Shown here: positions 19,794 through 33,271 of the stretch, one piece after another
Layout: each line of letters starts with the position of its first letter
Position numbering within the stretch: the stretch's first letter is position 1
Assembly (NCBI GenBank): GCA_902794835.1
Contig: CADBIO010000002.1
Span: forward strand, 1-48,060
Direction of reading: 5' to 3'
DNA: 48,060 nucleotides
Source: an uncultured Erysipelotrichaceae bacterium
GTDB taxonomy: Bacteria; Bacillota_I; Bacilli_A; RFN20; CAG-826
Made by a program: the position numbers and the translations under genes
Notes under the pieces: generated by a model
Seen by the model: only the letters and a program-made list of their open reading frames with translations
The model's database searches: none
Told to the model about the DNA's origin: nothing

Positions 19794-20366
19794 ATGGATG
19801 AACAAAAAAATATTTTTTCGAAATGGTTAATCGTTCAAGCTTATAAGCACGATGGATCATTGCATCGCCAATGGTCTCCTGGCTATGTGGTCTTAGAAAC
19901 AGATGAATATTGGGCCCTGGCGACCAAATCTTCTTTGGTCACAGAAGACGATGGAAGAAGATGGATGACCAAAGAAAACGCAATTTTTTTGCTTTTCAAG
20001 AAACAATGGCTCAACGTCATCTGCATGTTCAAAGAGGCTGGGGGCATTTGTTATTACACCAACATCGCTTCCCCAACCATTCTTGATGATGGTTATCTTC
20101 GTTACGTTGATTATGACCTTGATTTAAAACTCTTTCCTGACAAGGTCATCAAAAGTCTTGATGAACAGGAATTTTTGACTAACGCAAAACGTTATGGCTA
20201 TTCTCCAGACCTCATCAAAGCCATCCGCCGTTCATTCCAAGAAACGCGTGAAGCAATGGAAAAAGGGGTTTTTCCTTTTGCTGATTCGACTATCGAAAGC
20301 CTTTATCAGAAATTTCTTGCCGAGAACCAACCTTTTATCCCAAGACATTTTGTCCCAAGACATTAG
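19794..20366 (+). CDS. DUF402/YgaC family nucleoside tri/diphosphate phosphatase
   Basis: QAYKHDGSLHRQW, VTEDDGRRW, YYTNIASP, YVDYDLD, LDEQEF; start uncertain (19752 GTG or 19794 ATG). Confidence 0.85.
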   Translation: MDEQKNIFSKWLIVQAYKHDGSLHRQWSPGYVVLETDEYWALATKSSLVTEDDGRRWMTKENAIFLLFKKQWLNVICMFKEAGGICYYTNIASPTILDDGYLRYVDYDLDLKLFPDKVIKSLDEQEFLTNAKRYGYSPDLIKAIRRSFQETREAMEKGVFPFADSTIESLYQKFLAENQPFIPRHFVPRH

Positions 20367-20442
20367 TCTTTTCTTTGTTTGACTAGTAAGAATCTATTTA
20401 TCGTTCTATAATTTTACAGGTTCTTTAGAGAACCTTGTAATT

Positions 20443-20907
20443 ATGCAATTCACCTTCATTTCAACATCCAAAGAAACAACCCAGCGCCTCGGCGCTTTTA
20501 TTGCATCTCGTTTCGTTAGAGGGGACGTGGTTTTGTTAAAAGGTGACCTTGGCGCAGGCAAGACCACCCTTACTGGTGGCGTCGCCAAAGCCTTGGCCAT
20601 TCAAGATGATGTCATTTCCCCAACTTTTAACATCATGAAGTGCTATTTTAAAGGCACGCTCCCCCTATATCACATTGACGCCTATCGTTTGGAGGGCCAA
20701 AACATTGAACTTGGTCTGGAAGAATTCATCGAAGGCAATGGGGTGTGTTTTATTGAATGGCCACAATACATTGAACCTTTGTTGCCGGATGAATATCTCA
20801 CCATTACTTTAAAAAATGCCGGCGATGATCATCGAGAAATCACATTAGAGGGCAACAATGCGCATTTTGACGATATCGTTGCTGCTGTGAAAGGGGAATT
20901 CAAATGA
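20443..20907 (+). CDS. tsaE: tRNA t6A biosynthesis ATPase
   Basis: GDLGAGKTT, SPTF, HIDAYRL, IEW. Confidence 0.97.
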   Translation: MQFTFISTSKETTQRLGAFIASRFVRGDVVLLKGDLGAGKTTLTGGVAKALAIQDDVISPTFNIMKCYFKGTLPLYHIDAYRLEGQNIELGLEEFIEGNGVCFIEWPQYIEPLLPDEYLTITLKNAGDDHREITLEGNNAHFDDIVAAVKGEFK

Positions 20908-21491
20908 TCGCTTTACTCTTAGATACTTCTAACACAAACCTTTCCGTGGGATTGGCTCAAGACCATCATCTTTTGGATGAGATTCAATATGACGCTTGGC
21001 AACAACAATCGGAATTCTTGGTTCAAGAGATTGCCAATATCTTGGATAAAAACCATATTGAACGTAAACAAATCGATGAAATTATCGTCTCCAAAGGCCC
21101 AGGTTCTTATACCGGAGTTCGGATTGCAATGACCGTTGGCAAAACTATGGCCTTTGCCCTAAACAAACCATTATTTCTCGTTTCTTCCTTAGAGGTTTAT
21201 AAAAAAGGGAGTGACCGATCCGTTTGTCTGATGAATGCCCGTAGCAAAAGAAGTTACATCGGTGTGTATCAAGGTGATGAGATTTTGCTTCCTGACACCA
21301 TTATGGAAAACGATCAAATCAGACTTTATTTGGCCGCCCACCCGGACTATAAAGTTTGCGGCGATGTCTCTTATCTTCAAATGAAAGGAGAACAAGTTGA
21401 TCTTCTTGAGAATCTCATGAACGCCGACATTATGCGCAACAAAGTCACAGACGTGTTGTCCGCCAAACCAGTCTACCTGAAAGATTTATGA
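20904..21491 (+). CDS. tsaB: tRNA t6A biosynthesis protein
   Basis: LDTS, GPGSYTGVRI; operon context. Confidence 0.95.
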   Translation: MIALLLDTSNTNLSVGLAQDHHLLDEIQYDAWQQQSEFLVQEIANILDKNHIERKQIDEIIVSKGPGSYTGVRIAMTVGKTMAFALNKPLFLVSSLEVYKKGSDRSVCLMNARSKRSYIGVYQGDEILLPDTIMENDQIRLYLAAHPDYKVCGDVSYLQMKGEQVDLLENLMNADIMRNKVTDVLSAKPVYLKDL

Positions 21492-21943
21492 TGGAATATA
21501 TTATTCGCCCATTAAAAAAGAAAGACATTCAAGCTGTCGCTGATTTAGAGGCGGCTTGTTTTGTCAAGCCTTGGCCCCTTAATCAGATCGCTTATGAATT
21601 CAAAGGCAACCCTTGTGCCAAAGTTTTTGTTGCTGTTGCCCCAAGCGGCGAGATTCTCGGCTACTTGGATTTTATGATTACTTTTAACAGTGCTACCATC
21701 GATCGCATCTGCGTTTCCTCGGATTATCGTGAACAAGGAATTGCCAGCAGACTGTTAGACAAAATGGTTGAGGTCTGCAAAGCTCAGAAAGAGGCCGTTG
21801 AGTTTATCACCCTCGAAGTCAGAGCGTCCAATGAGAAGGCCATCAAGCTTTATCAGAAGTGCGGCTGGCAAAAAGTGGTGGTAAAACCGAAATATTATGA
21901 TGATGGCGAGGACGCCATTTATATGATTAGGAGCATCCTATGA
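21488..21943 (+). CDS. rimI: Ribosomal protein N-acetyltransferase (GNAT)
   Basis: LEVRASNEKAIKLY, YYDDGEDA; between tsaB and tsaD. Confidence 0.9.
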   Translation: MMEYIIRPLKKKDIQAVADLEAACFVKPWPLNQIAYEFKGNPCAKVFVAVAPSGEILGYLDFMITFNSATIDRICVSSDYREQGIASRLLDKMVEVCKAQKEAVEFITLEVRASNEKAIKLYQKCGWQKVVVKPKYYDDGEDAIYMIRSIL

Positions 21944-22956
21944 CCCGTATTTTAGCTATTGAATCCAGCTGTGACGAAACGGCTGTGGCAATCACAGAAG
22001 ATGGCAAACTATTAACTAATGTCATTTCTTCGCAAGTTGCCGTTCACGCCAAATATGGCGGTGTTATGCCTGAAGTCGCTTCGCGCTTGCACACGGAGAA
22101 TATTGCCGTCTGCCTTAAAGAAGCATTAGAGCAGGCCCATCTTAATTTTGAGGACATGGATGCGATTGCCGTCACCCGCGGACCCGGTCTGATTGGCTGT
22201 CTCCATGTCGGTTTGCAAGCGGCTAAAACAATTGCGATGCTTTATCATAAGCCATTGATCCCCGTCCACCATCTATGCGGGCACATTTACGCCAACGAAT
22301 ATGCTGGGGAATTTAAATTCCCGATGCTATGTGTCGTTGTCAGCGGTGGGAACACAGAATTGGTCTTAATGAGAGATCACCTCAATTTTGAAATCATTGG
22401 GGAAACCAAAGATGACGCCGTTGGAGAATGCTATGATAAAGTCGCTCGCGTTCTTGGCCTTCCTTACCCTGGAGGACTTCCCATTGATCAGCACGCCAAA
22501 AAAGGCAAGCACACCTATCATCTGCCCGAGCCTTTGATTGGGAAGGATGGATATGATTTCTCCTATTCCGGTCTAAAGACTTCCGTCATCAATTTGGTGA
22601 ACACCCTTAAGATGAAAGGCGAAGAAATCAATATCGACGATATGGCCAAATCCTTCCAAGATGTCGCTGTCGGGATGATTGTTGACCGAGCCACAAGAGC
22701 AGCTAGGGATTTTAAGGTCAAACAAGTTGTTTTGGCGGGGGGCGTGTCTGCAAATTCCTATCTTCGAGAACAGATGAGCAACCGTCTTCAAGGAACTGGA
22801 ATCGATCTCATTATTCCGCCACTTTGGTGCACGACAGATAATGCCGCAATGATTGCCAAAGTTGCCGAACGTCTCTATCAAGAGAAGGTGTTTGCCCCTT
22901 TGACCTTAGGGGTTGACCCAAACTGGAAAATTTCTGATTTCCGTAAATTTGATTGA
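21940..22956 (+). CDS. tsaD: tRNA N6-adenosine threonylcarbamoyltransferase
   Basis: IESSCDET, PEVASRLH, VSGG, DDAVGE, FSYSGLKT, TDNAAMI. Confidence 0.98.
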   Translation: MTRILAIESSCDETAVAITEDGKLLTNVISSQVAVHAKYGGVMPEVASRLHTENIAVCLKEALEQAHLNFEDMDAIAVTRGPGLIGCLHVGLQAAKTIAMLYHKPLIPVHHLCGHIYANEYAGEFKFPMLCVVVSGGNTELVLMRDHLNFEIIGETKDDAVGECYDKVARVLGLPYPGGLPIDQHAKKGKHTYHLPEPLIGKDGYDFSYSGLKTSVINLVNTLKMKGEEINIDDMAKSFQDVAVGMIVDRATRAARDFKVKQVVLAGGVSANSYLREQMSNRLQGTGIDLIIPPLWCTTDNAAMIAKVAERLYQEKVFAPLTLGVDPNWKISDFRKFD

Positions 22957-23001
22957 GTTTAACTTAGACTCAGCTACCATAACCCAAAGGAGAATTTAGA
23001 T

Positions 23002-24384
23002 ATGCAAGAGAAAGCCATCAGCATTCGCAACCTTTATGAATTAAGCGAAGACCAATTGAAACAATTAAAGACCGTCACCGTCGTAGGATGGGTGAAAAAC
23101 AACCGCAATTCAGGCAAGGTCGGTTTCATCGCGCTTCATGATGGGACCTGCTTCAAAAACCTGCAAGTCGTTTATGATGCCGACAAACCTTTCTTTAACG
23201 ATGTTTCCCGCTATAAGATGGGATCGGCCGTTCGTTTTGTTGGCGAATTGGTGCTGACGCCTGGCATGAAACAGCCATTCGAAGTTCACGCCACCGAGGC
23301 GGTTCTTTTGGGTGATGTGGCAGATGATTATCCTTTGCAGAAAAAGAAAACCTCCTTTGAATATCTCCGCGACTTAGCTTATTTACGTCCTAGGACCAAC
23401 ACCTTTGATGCCGTATTCAGAGTCCGTTCTGTTTTGGCAATGGGGGTTCACACTTTCTTCCAAAATAATGGTTTCGTCTATGTCCATACGCCAGAAATCA
23501 CCGGCAACGATGCGGAAGGCGCAGGATCTGTTTTCACTGTCATCACTGATTCCAAAGAAGATCCAATCAATGACTTTTATGGCAGGCGTGCCTCTTTGAC
23601 TGTCTCTGGACAACTTCACGTTGAAGCGTTCGCCTTAGCCTTCAAAGATGTTTATACCTTTGGACCGACTTTCCGTGCCGAAAAATCCAACACCCCGAGA
23701 CACGCTTCTGAATTCTGGATGATAGAGCCAGAACTTGCTTTTGCCGATTTGGACGACGATATGGATTGCATCGAAAGTTGCATTAAATTCCTGATCCAAT
23801 GGGTAATGGACAAATGTCCTGATGAGATGGATTTCTTCGATCGTTGGATTGCTCCGGGCGTTAAAGACAAACTCAATCATGTATTGAATAGCCCATTTAG
23901 AAGAATGGAATATACCGAAGGGATCAAAATTCTCCAAGAAGCCGTCAAAAATGGGCATAAATTCGAAAACAACAACATCGAATGGGGCATGGACTTACAA
24001 AGTGAGCATGAACGCTATCTCACGGAAGAATATGTTAAAGGTCCAACTTTCTTAATGAATTATCCTAAGGAAATCAAAGCCTTCTATATGAGAGAAAACG
24101 ATGATGGGAAAACCGTTGCCGCGGTTGATTTGCTAGTGCCTGGAGAAGGAGAGATTGTCGGTGGTTCTCAACGTGAGGAACGATATGACATCCTGAAGGC
24201 CAAAATGGACAAAATCGGCAACACGGAGGGCCTCGAATGGTATCTTAACCTTCGTAAATACGGTGGCTGTATCCATTCCGGGTTTGGTATTGGTTTCGAT
24301 CGTCTTCTGATGTATATCACTGGCATTGCCAACATTCGTGATACCGAGCCTTACCCAAGAACCTCTTCTGCGTTAAAGTATTAA
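23002..24384 (+). CDS. asnS: Asparagine-tRNA ligase
   Basis: LTVSGQL, FGPTFRAEKS, EFWMIEPE, KAFYM, GGSQREER, GFGIGFDR. Confidence 0.97.
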   Translation: MQEKAISIRNLYELSEDQLKQLKTVTVVGWVKNNRNSGKVGFIALHDGTCFKNLQVVYDADKPFFNDVSRYKMGSAVRFVGELVLTPGMKQPFEVHATEAVLLGDVADDYPLQKKKTSFEYLRDLAYLRPRTNTFDAVFRVRSVLAMGVHTFFQNNGFVYVHTPEITGNDAEGAGSVFTVITDSKEDPINDFYGRRASLTVSGQLHVEAFALAFKDVYTFGPTFRAEKSNTPRHASEFWMIEPELAFADLDDDMDCIESCIKFLIQWVMDKCPDEMDFFDRWIAPGVKDKLNHVLNSPFRRMEYTEGIKILQEAVKNGHKFENNNIEWGMDLQSEHERYLTEEYVKGPTFLMNYPKEIKAFYMRENDDGKTVAAVDLLVPGEGEIVGGSQREERYDILKAKMDKIGNTEGLEWYLNLRKYGGCIHSGFGIGFDRLLMYITGIANIRDTEPYPRTSSALKY

Positions 24385-24617
24385 TGATGAATAATTTTGA
24401 TCCAAACCAACCATCATTCCAACCATCCGCCCCTCTTAATCCTCAACAATCCCAACAGGCGCTGGACACTGAAGCTACCTTAAGCGATCAATCCGATGCC
24501 GAGAAGGAGAGGAAGAAGAATCTTTCTAAGAAAAGAATCTTTTGGGCGGTCGTCGGCGTAGATATCGCCCTTGTCGCGGTATTGGTATACGGCATCATCG
24601 ATTTGTTTTTGGCATAA
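24384..24617 (+). CDS. Small protein with C-terminal membrane anchor
   Basis: TAATG coupling to asnS; Q/P-rich N-terminus, basic patch, one TM helix. Confidence 0.65.
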   Translation: MMNNFDPNQPSFQPSAPLNPQQSQQALDTEATLSDQSDAEKERKKNLSKKRIFWAVVGVDIALVAVLVYGIIDLFLA

Positions 24618-24633
24618 TTAACCGGGCAAAAAG

Positions 24634-24692
24634 AAAAGAGCCTTTATTGAACAATGCCTTCTTTTAGGCAGAATTCAAACTGGCTCTTTTTT
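24634..24692. terminator. Long interrupted bidirectional hairpin terminator
   Basis: AAAAGAGCC..TTGAA..TGCCT-loop-AGGCA..TTCAA..GGCTCTTTT between convergent genes. Confidence 0.7.
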
Positions 24693-25407
24693 AATGCGGA
24701 TAATTAGGGTTGTTTGGATAATTCGGTGGGTTTTGTTGCTGAGAGGCTTGCTGAGGATTCTCTTTTCCTTCGCCTTGTATTTTATCGTCTTCAAAATAAT
24801 TAAAATCTTCCAAACTCTTTTCAAAAATTGAATGGCAAAGGCGATTTAATCTAATAGCACGGGCGATGTAGGCTTGAATGACAACGGCATACCAAATGAT
24901 TGCCGTAAGCCATAATGGTACGAGCAAATAAGAACCCCAGAATTCGCCTACCCAAGTTGGGGTGGACACCACAGCAGGCCATTGCCGCAATAAATTAATT
25001 CCCCAGAAAACAGCATAATTGTCGGGATTACCCCAATCGAAATTGACCAACAAGGTGGAGAATTCGCCAAAATAATTTCTTGCCCAACTATGGTAAACAG
25101 CAGAATAGATGATCCAGATAAGCAAAGAGAAAAGACCGATAAAGAAGGGGATTAAGGAAGCTTTGATCAAGAAACGATTGTTTTTCTCGCCCCCGTATTT
25201 TCTTAATTGTTCTGGCGAGGAAATAACACGATAAACAACCGCTTCGTGGACTTCATAATCCATACGTTTGCTGAAACGGATTGTTACGAAACGAATTAAG
25301 ACACCGATTAATCCGACGATGATAAAAAGCAACACCAAGATACAAAGCAAGACAATTAAAAGGCGCTTATCATTTTCTGATAACGTGAAGTCGACAAGGA
25401 ATCTCAT
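24691..25407 (-). CDS. Hypothetical membrane protein
   Basis: Three hydrophobic segments, Q/N/P tail; SD GGAGGAG; ATGA overlap. Confidence 0.75.
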   Translation of the reverse strand: MRFLVDFTLSENDKRLLIVLLCILVLLFIIVGLIGVLIRFVTIRFSKRMDYEVHEAVVYRVISSPEQLRKYGGEKNNRFLIKASLIPFFIGLFSLLIWIIYSAVYHSWARNYFGEFSTLLVNFDWGNPDNYAVFWGINLLRQWPAVVSTPTWVGEFWGSYLLVPLWLTAIIWYAVVIQAYIARAIRLNRLCHSIFEKSLEDFNYFEDDKIQGEGKENPQQASQQQNPPNYPNNPNYPH

Positions 25408-25979
25408 AGATCGTCTCCTCCTTCATCGTGTTCTGAAATATCAATTAGTTCTGGGCCACCCGTGGACTCGTTTTCAGAGGATTGATCATGAAAGTTGTTT
25501 GGCGAGTCGATTTGCGGATTCAAATTTTGCGGCTGTTCAATTTGTGGGTTCTCCTGAACGGAAGGGGTTGGAATTTCGCCATATTGGTTTGGGCTGAATG
25601 GCTGAGGCTGTTGGTAAATCGAAGTTGGTTGTTGAGGCTGAGTTGGCTGGCCAGGGAGAGGTTGTTGCCCTTGAGTTTGCGGCTGATAATAGTTTTGCTG
25701 AATATAAACATTGCTGTTGGTGCTTGGCTGCGTTGGTTGGGGAGCGGGGGCGTTAGCGGCCACCGAAGCACGGTATTCTTTGATCTCTTGCACACGAACA
25801 TCCTCTGGGATTGGCTCGAAGAATTTCTCTCCCCTGAAGAAACGGATGAGACCTTTTATATCCCGGTAGGCCATCAAGCCCAAGCCAAAGACAGCCACCA
25901 GAGCCACCAAAACGAGGAAAAACGGCAGTAGGAAAAAATAAACCAGTCCAAGTCCGAAATTTTTCAACGCTTGTCTCAT
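25404..25979 (-). CDS. Hypothetical membrane protein with Gln/Pro-rich tail
   Basis: N-terminal hydrophobic stretch, low-complexity C-terminus; ATGA overlaps both sides. Confidence 0.7.
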   Translation of the reverse strand: MRQALKNFGLGLVYFFLLPFFLVLVALVAVFGLGLMAYRDIKGLIRFFRGEKFFEPIPEDVRVQEIKEYRASVAANAPAPQPTQPSTNSNVYIQQNYYQPQTQGQQPLPGQPTQPQQPTSIYQQPQPFSPNQYGEIPTPSVQENPQIEQPQNLNPQIDSPNNFHDQSSENESTGGPELIDISEHDEGGDDL

Positions 25980-26890
25980 GCCTTATTTTTCCTTTCTTGT
26001 GTCTTAAATAATAAACTCGAAAGCAAACTTGATAAAGAAACGGATATAAAAATTGTCAAAAACAACAACGGAGACACCATAGGTGGCAAAGATTGGAAGA
26101 AGAAGGCAGAAAGATAAAACGAGGCCATTATCAGCAAACCGAGAATCAAGAACACCCACCAAGGATTCTTTCGAAAGAGATCTCTAGAATGAGTTAGACA
26201 AAGATAAATCCCTATTACGCCCAATAGATATCCAACCATCGGGGAAAAGAAGGACAAGATGATTGCTAAAACCAAAAAGAGCAGGGACGTACCCTCTCCA
26301 ACAAGAGAAAAAACCAGCGAATCTCTTTCCTCAATCTTCTCAATATTATGAATGCTGAAGATGATGACCAAGAAAGAAATCCCTGCCTCAATCAAAGCGT
26401 ATACGTAGAGGAAGGCGGGTACAATCTCGCGGATGTTCGCTTTTTCTTGCAAACCAAGCAATGTAAGAGCCGTTTCGATGACATCGACTCCATAAATCCC
26501 ACGAATTAAAAGGAGCATTAAATAATTGATCCCCAATTGTAACAAAGAGACCATCAAAACCGCCCAACTCGATGGGAACTCTCTTTTCAGTAGGAAGCCA
26601 AACAAAGCCCCAGTCAGAATCGTTGGCACAACATCAAACAGACTTGAGCTTAGGTCATAACAAGTAGAGGCAACGACAACAAGAATTGCTCCGACGACAT
26701 AAGGGATAATGTATTTCGGCTGACAATAATAGGCAGTCAAAGCGCTGATTAAAGGCAAAAAAAGCAAGATGACAAAGGCAGATAAAGGAACGAAGGTCGC
26801 TAAAATCGCCAAGGCGGTGATTGCCGCCACGGAGATTCCCATCAAAGCGATGTTCTGCGTTGGAGTGCTTCTTTCTTTCAAAAGTCTCAT
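25976..26890 (-). CDS. Polytopic membrane protein (possibly YybS/DUF2232 or ECF S-component-like)
   Basis: Many TM helices; family call tentative. Confidence 0.55.
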   Translation of the reverse strand: MRLLKERSTPTQNIALMGISVAAITALAILATFVPLSAFVILLFLPLISALTAYYCQPKYIIPYVVGAILVVVASTCYDLSSSLFDVVPTILTGALFGFLLKREFPSSWAVLMVSLLQLGINYLMLLLIRGIYGVDVIETALTLLGLQEKANIREIVPAFLYVYALIEAGISFLVIIFSIHNIEKIEERDSLVFSLVGEGTSLLFLVLAIILSFFSPMVGYLLGVIGIYLCLTHSRDLFRKNPWWVFLILGLLIMASFYLSAFFFQSLPPMVSPLLFLTIFISVSLSSLLSSLLFKTQERKNKA

Positions 26891-27021
26891 GCCCTTATAT
26901 TATCAAACGAAACGCTCTCTCTTTTAAAGAGAGGAATCAAAACGAAAACTTTTTTCTTTTTCCCTCTCCTGAATATAGAAGAAAACCCGGGGAAATAGTA
27001 AAATTAACTTTAGTTAAATTT

Positions 27022-31355
<4,334 letters not shown>

Positions 31356-31383
31356 AAAATTTTTTGGTAATTTTTGCCAAACA

Positions 31384-31412
31384 CCCCCTTATTAAAAGTG
31401 AGGGGGGTTTTT
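31384..31412 (+). terminator. Hairpin after ligA that contains the comFA SD
   Basis: CCCCCTTATT-aaa-AGTGAGGGGG-gTTTTT. Confidence 0.6.
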
Positions 31413-31414
31413 CA

Positions 31415-32560
31415 TTGGAGAACTTTATCTGCGAACGTTGCGGCAATCGAGATCCGCGTTATATCGGCTTTAAAAACGGAAAGCCATACTGCCGAAGATG
31501 CATCTCCTTCCAAGGCGAAAGCGTTTCTTATGAGAAACCCCTCCCTAAAAGAGCGCCTTTAAATCTGCATTATGGTTTATCTCAAGATCAAGCCCGCCTT
31601 AGCGAAAAAATCGTGTCCAACTTCAAAAACGGAATCGATACCTTGGTCTATGCTGTATGTGGGGCGGGAAAAACAGAGATCAGCTATGCCGTAATTTCTT
31701 ATGCCATCTCCCAAGGAATGACGGTTGGCTTTGCTTTGCCAAGACGCGATGTGGTTATCGAGCTTTTTTATCGCCTGAAAGAATCATTTCCGGAAAACAA
31801 AGTGGTTGCTGTTTTTGGTCAACATACCTCCGTTTTAAAAGGCGATATCATCATTCTTACCACCCATCAGCTTTTTCGCTATCCTAACTATTTCGATTTG
31901 CTAGTGATGGATGAGATTGATGCCTTCCCTTTCAAAGACAATCCCGTTTTAATCGCCATGTATCGAAGAGCTATGCGGGGGAGTTGCGTCTTAATGAGCG
32001 CAACCCCTTCAGAAAACGTAATCCAAGAATTCAAGAAACCTGATCATGAAATTTTGGAATTAAGGACGCGTTTCCACCACCAAGAGATTCCTCTCCCCCA
32101 AACAAAAATCATGCCCTCATTTCTGCAACCATTATTTGTTGTCGCCAAACTTCTCCATTACAAAAAAGAAGGGAAATGTTGTTTCGTTTTCACCCCGTCC
32201 ATTGAAGAATGCGAGATGCTATATCGTTTTGTCTCTTGCTTTGTGAAAGGAGGCTCTTTTGTGCATTCGAAAAAAGAAAACAGGCAAGAAACAATAGGGA
32301 TATTTAAGAAAAAAGGTTATTTCTACCTGATTACCACATCGGTTTTGGAGCGGGGAGTCACTTTTAAAAACCTCCAAGTGATGGTAACCCACGCTGACCG
32401 GGAATCGATTTATTCCTCCAGCGCTTTAATTCAGATTGCGGGGCGGGTGGGGAGAAAAAGCGACGCCCCAGGAGGAGATGTTATTTTCTTGGGAGAAGTG
32501 GAATCGAAAGCTATGAAGGACGCACATGATGAAATCCAATTCTGCAACACCTTTCTGTAA
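31415..32560 (+). CDS. comFA: Competence helicase ComFA
   Basis: CERC...CRRC zinc finger, AVCGAGKTE, PRRDV, DEIDAFP, SATP, LERGVT, QIAGRVGR; TTG start after GAGGGGGG. Confidence 0.9.
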   Translation: MENFICERCGNRDPRYIGFKNGKPYCRRCISFQGESVSYEKPLPKRAPLNLHYGLSQDQARLSEKIVSNFKNGIDTLVYAVCGAGKTEISYAVISYAISQGMTVGFALPRRDVVIELFYRLKESFPENKVVAVFGQHTSVLKGDIIILTTHQLFRYPNYFDLLVMDEIDAFPFKDNPVLIAMYRRAMRGSCVLMSATPSENVIQEFKKPDHEILELRTRFHHQEIPLPQTKIMPSFLQPLFVVAKLLHYKKEGKCCFVFTPSIEECEMLYRFVSCFVKGGSFVHSKKENRQETIGIFKKKGYFYLITTSVLERGVTFKNLQVMVTHADRESIYSSSALIQIAGRVGRKSDAPGGDVIFLGEVESKAMKDAHDEIQFCNTFL

Positions 32561-33170
32561 GGTATGCTTCCAACCCTTCTCACCGCCATCTTTGAAAACC
32601 ATTCTTGATCGCGATCCTTGCCTCTGTGCTAGGTGTTTTCGTGAGATGGGCCCCGTGAACCTTTGCTACACCCTCGAGGGGATTAAGACGATATCCCTTT
32701 ATCGTTACAATGAAAAAATCAAAGGAATGCTATTTGATTTAAAAGGATGCGGCGATTATGAAATGGCGAAAGTATTTTTAGTCAATCAAAAACCATATCT
32801 AAAACATCGTTTCCGGGACTATTATTTAGTGCCTGCGCCAAGCTTTGAGCCAAAAAACATAGAACGAGGTTTTAATCATGTCGAAGAAATCTTCACGGGC
32901 ATTGGGAAAGGATATATCCACGCCATCATGAAAATAGATGGCATTAAACAAGCTGATCTTAATTATCGCCAACGGCAACAAATCGGCGCTCATTTGACAT
33001 GGAACCCAAAGGCAAATGTGGTTGGCAAGAAGATTCTTTTTGTCGACGATCTTATTACGACCGGAGCGACAGCAAAAGCGTGTTGTCATTTGCTAATGAA
33101 GCATGGGGCAAAGGAAGTGAGGATTTTGTCTGTTGCAAAGACGCCATTACGTCAAAATCACCGAAAATAA
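32526..33170 (+). CDS. comFC: Competence protein ComFC (ComF family)
   Basis: CKVC..CARC, RGFN, PRTase motif VDDLITTGAT. Confidence 0.9.
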   Translation: MMKSNSATPFCKVCFQPFSPPSLKTILDRDPCLCARCFREMGPVNLCYTLEGIKTISLYRYNEKIKGMLFDLKGCGDYEMAKVFLVNQKPYLKHRFRDYYLVPAPSFEPKNIERGFNHVEEIFTGIGKGYIHAIMKIDGIKQADLNYRQRQQIGAHLTWNPKANVVGKKILFVDDLITTGATAKACCHLLMKHGAKEVRILSVAKTPLRQNHRK

Positions 33171-33215
33171 CGCGCGTTTAAGGAACTTCGCAACGGCGCT
33201 CACGCACACTCATAT

Positions 33216-33244
33216 TTGCTTACCATTTATGGTAATGGTAAAAT
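33216..33244 (+). promoter_or_regulatory. Sigma-A promoter of secA-prfB
   Basis: TTGCTT-N17-TAAAAT with extended TG. Confidence 0.65.
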
Positions 33245-33271
33245 CTCAAAGAACTTTTTAGGAGAATAATC

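Noticed and set aside
20334-20364. 15-bp tandem duplication (FIPRH-FVPRH)
   Set aside because: Small in-frame duplication at a C-terminus; no sign of function.
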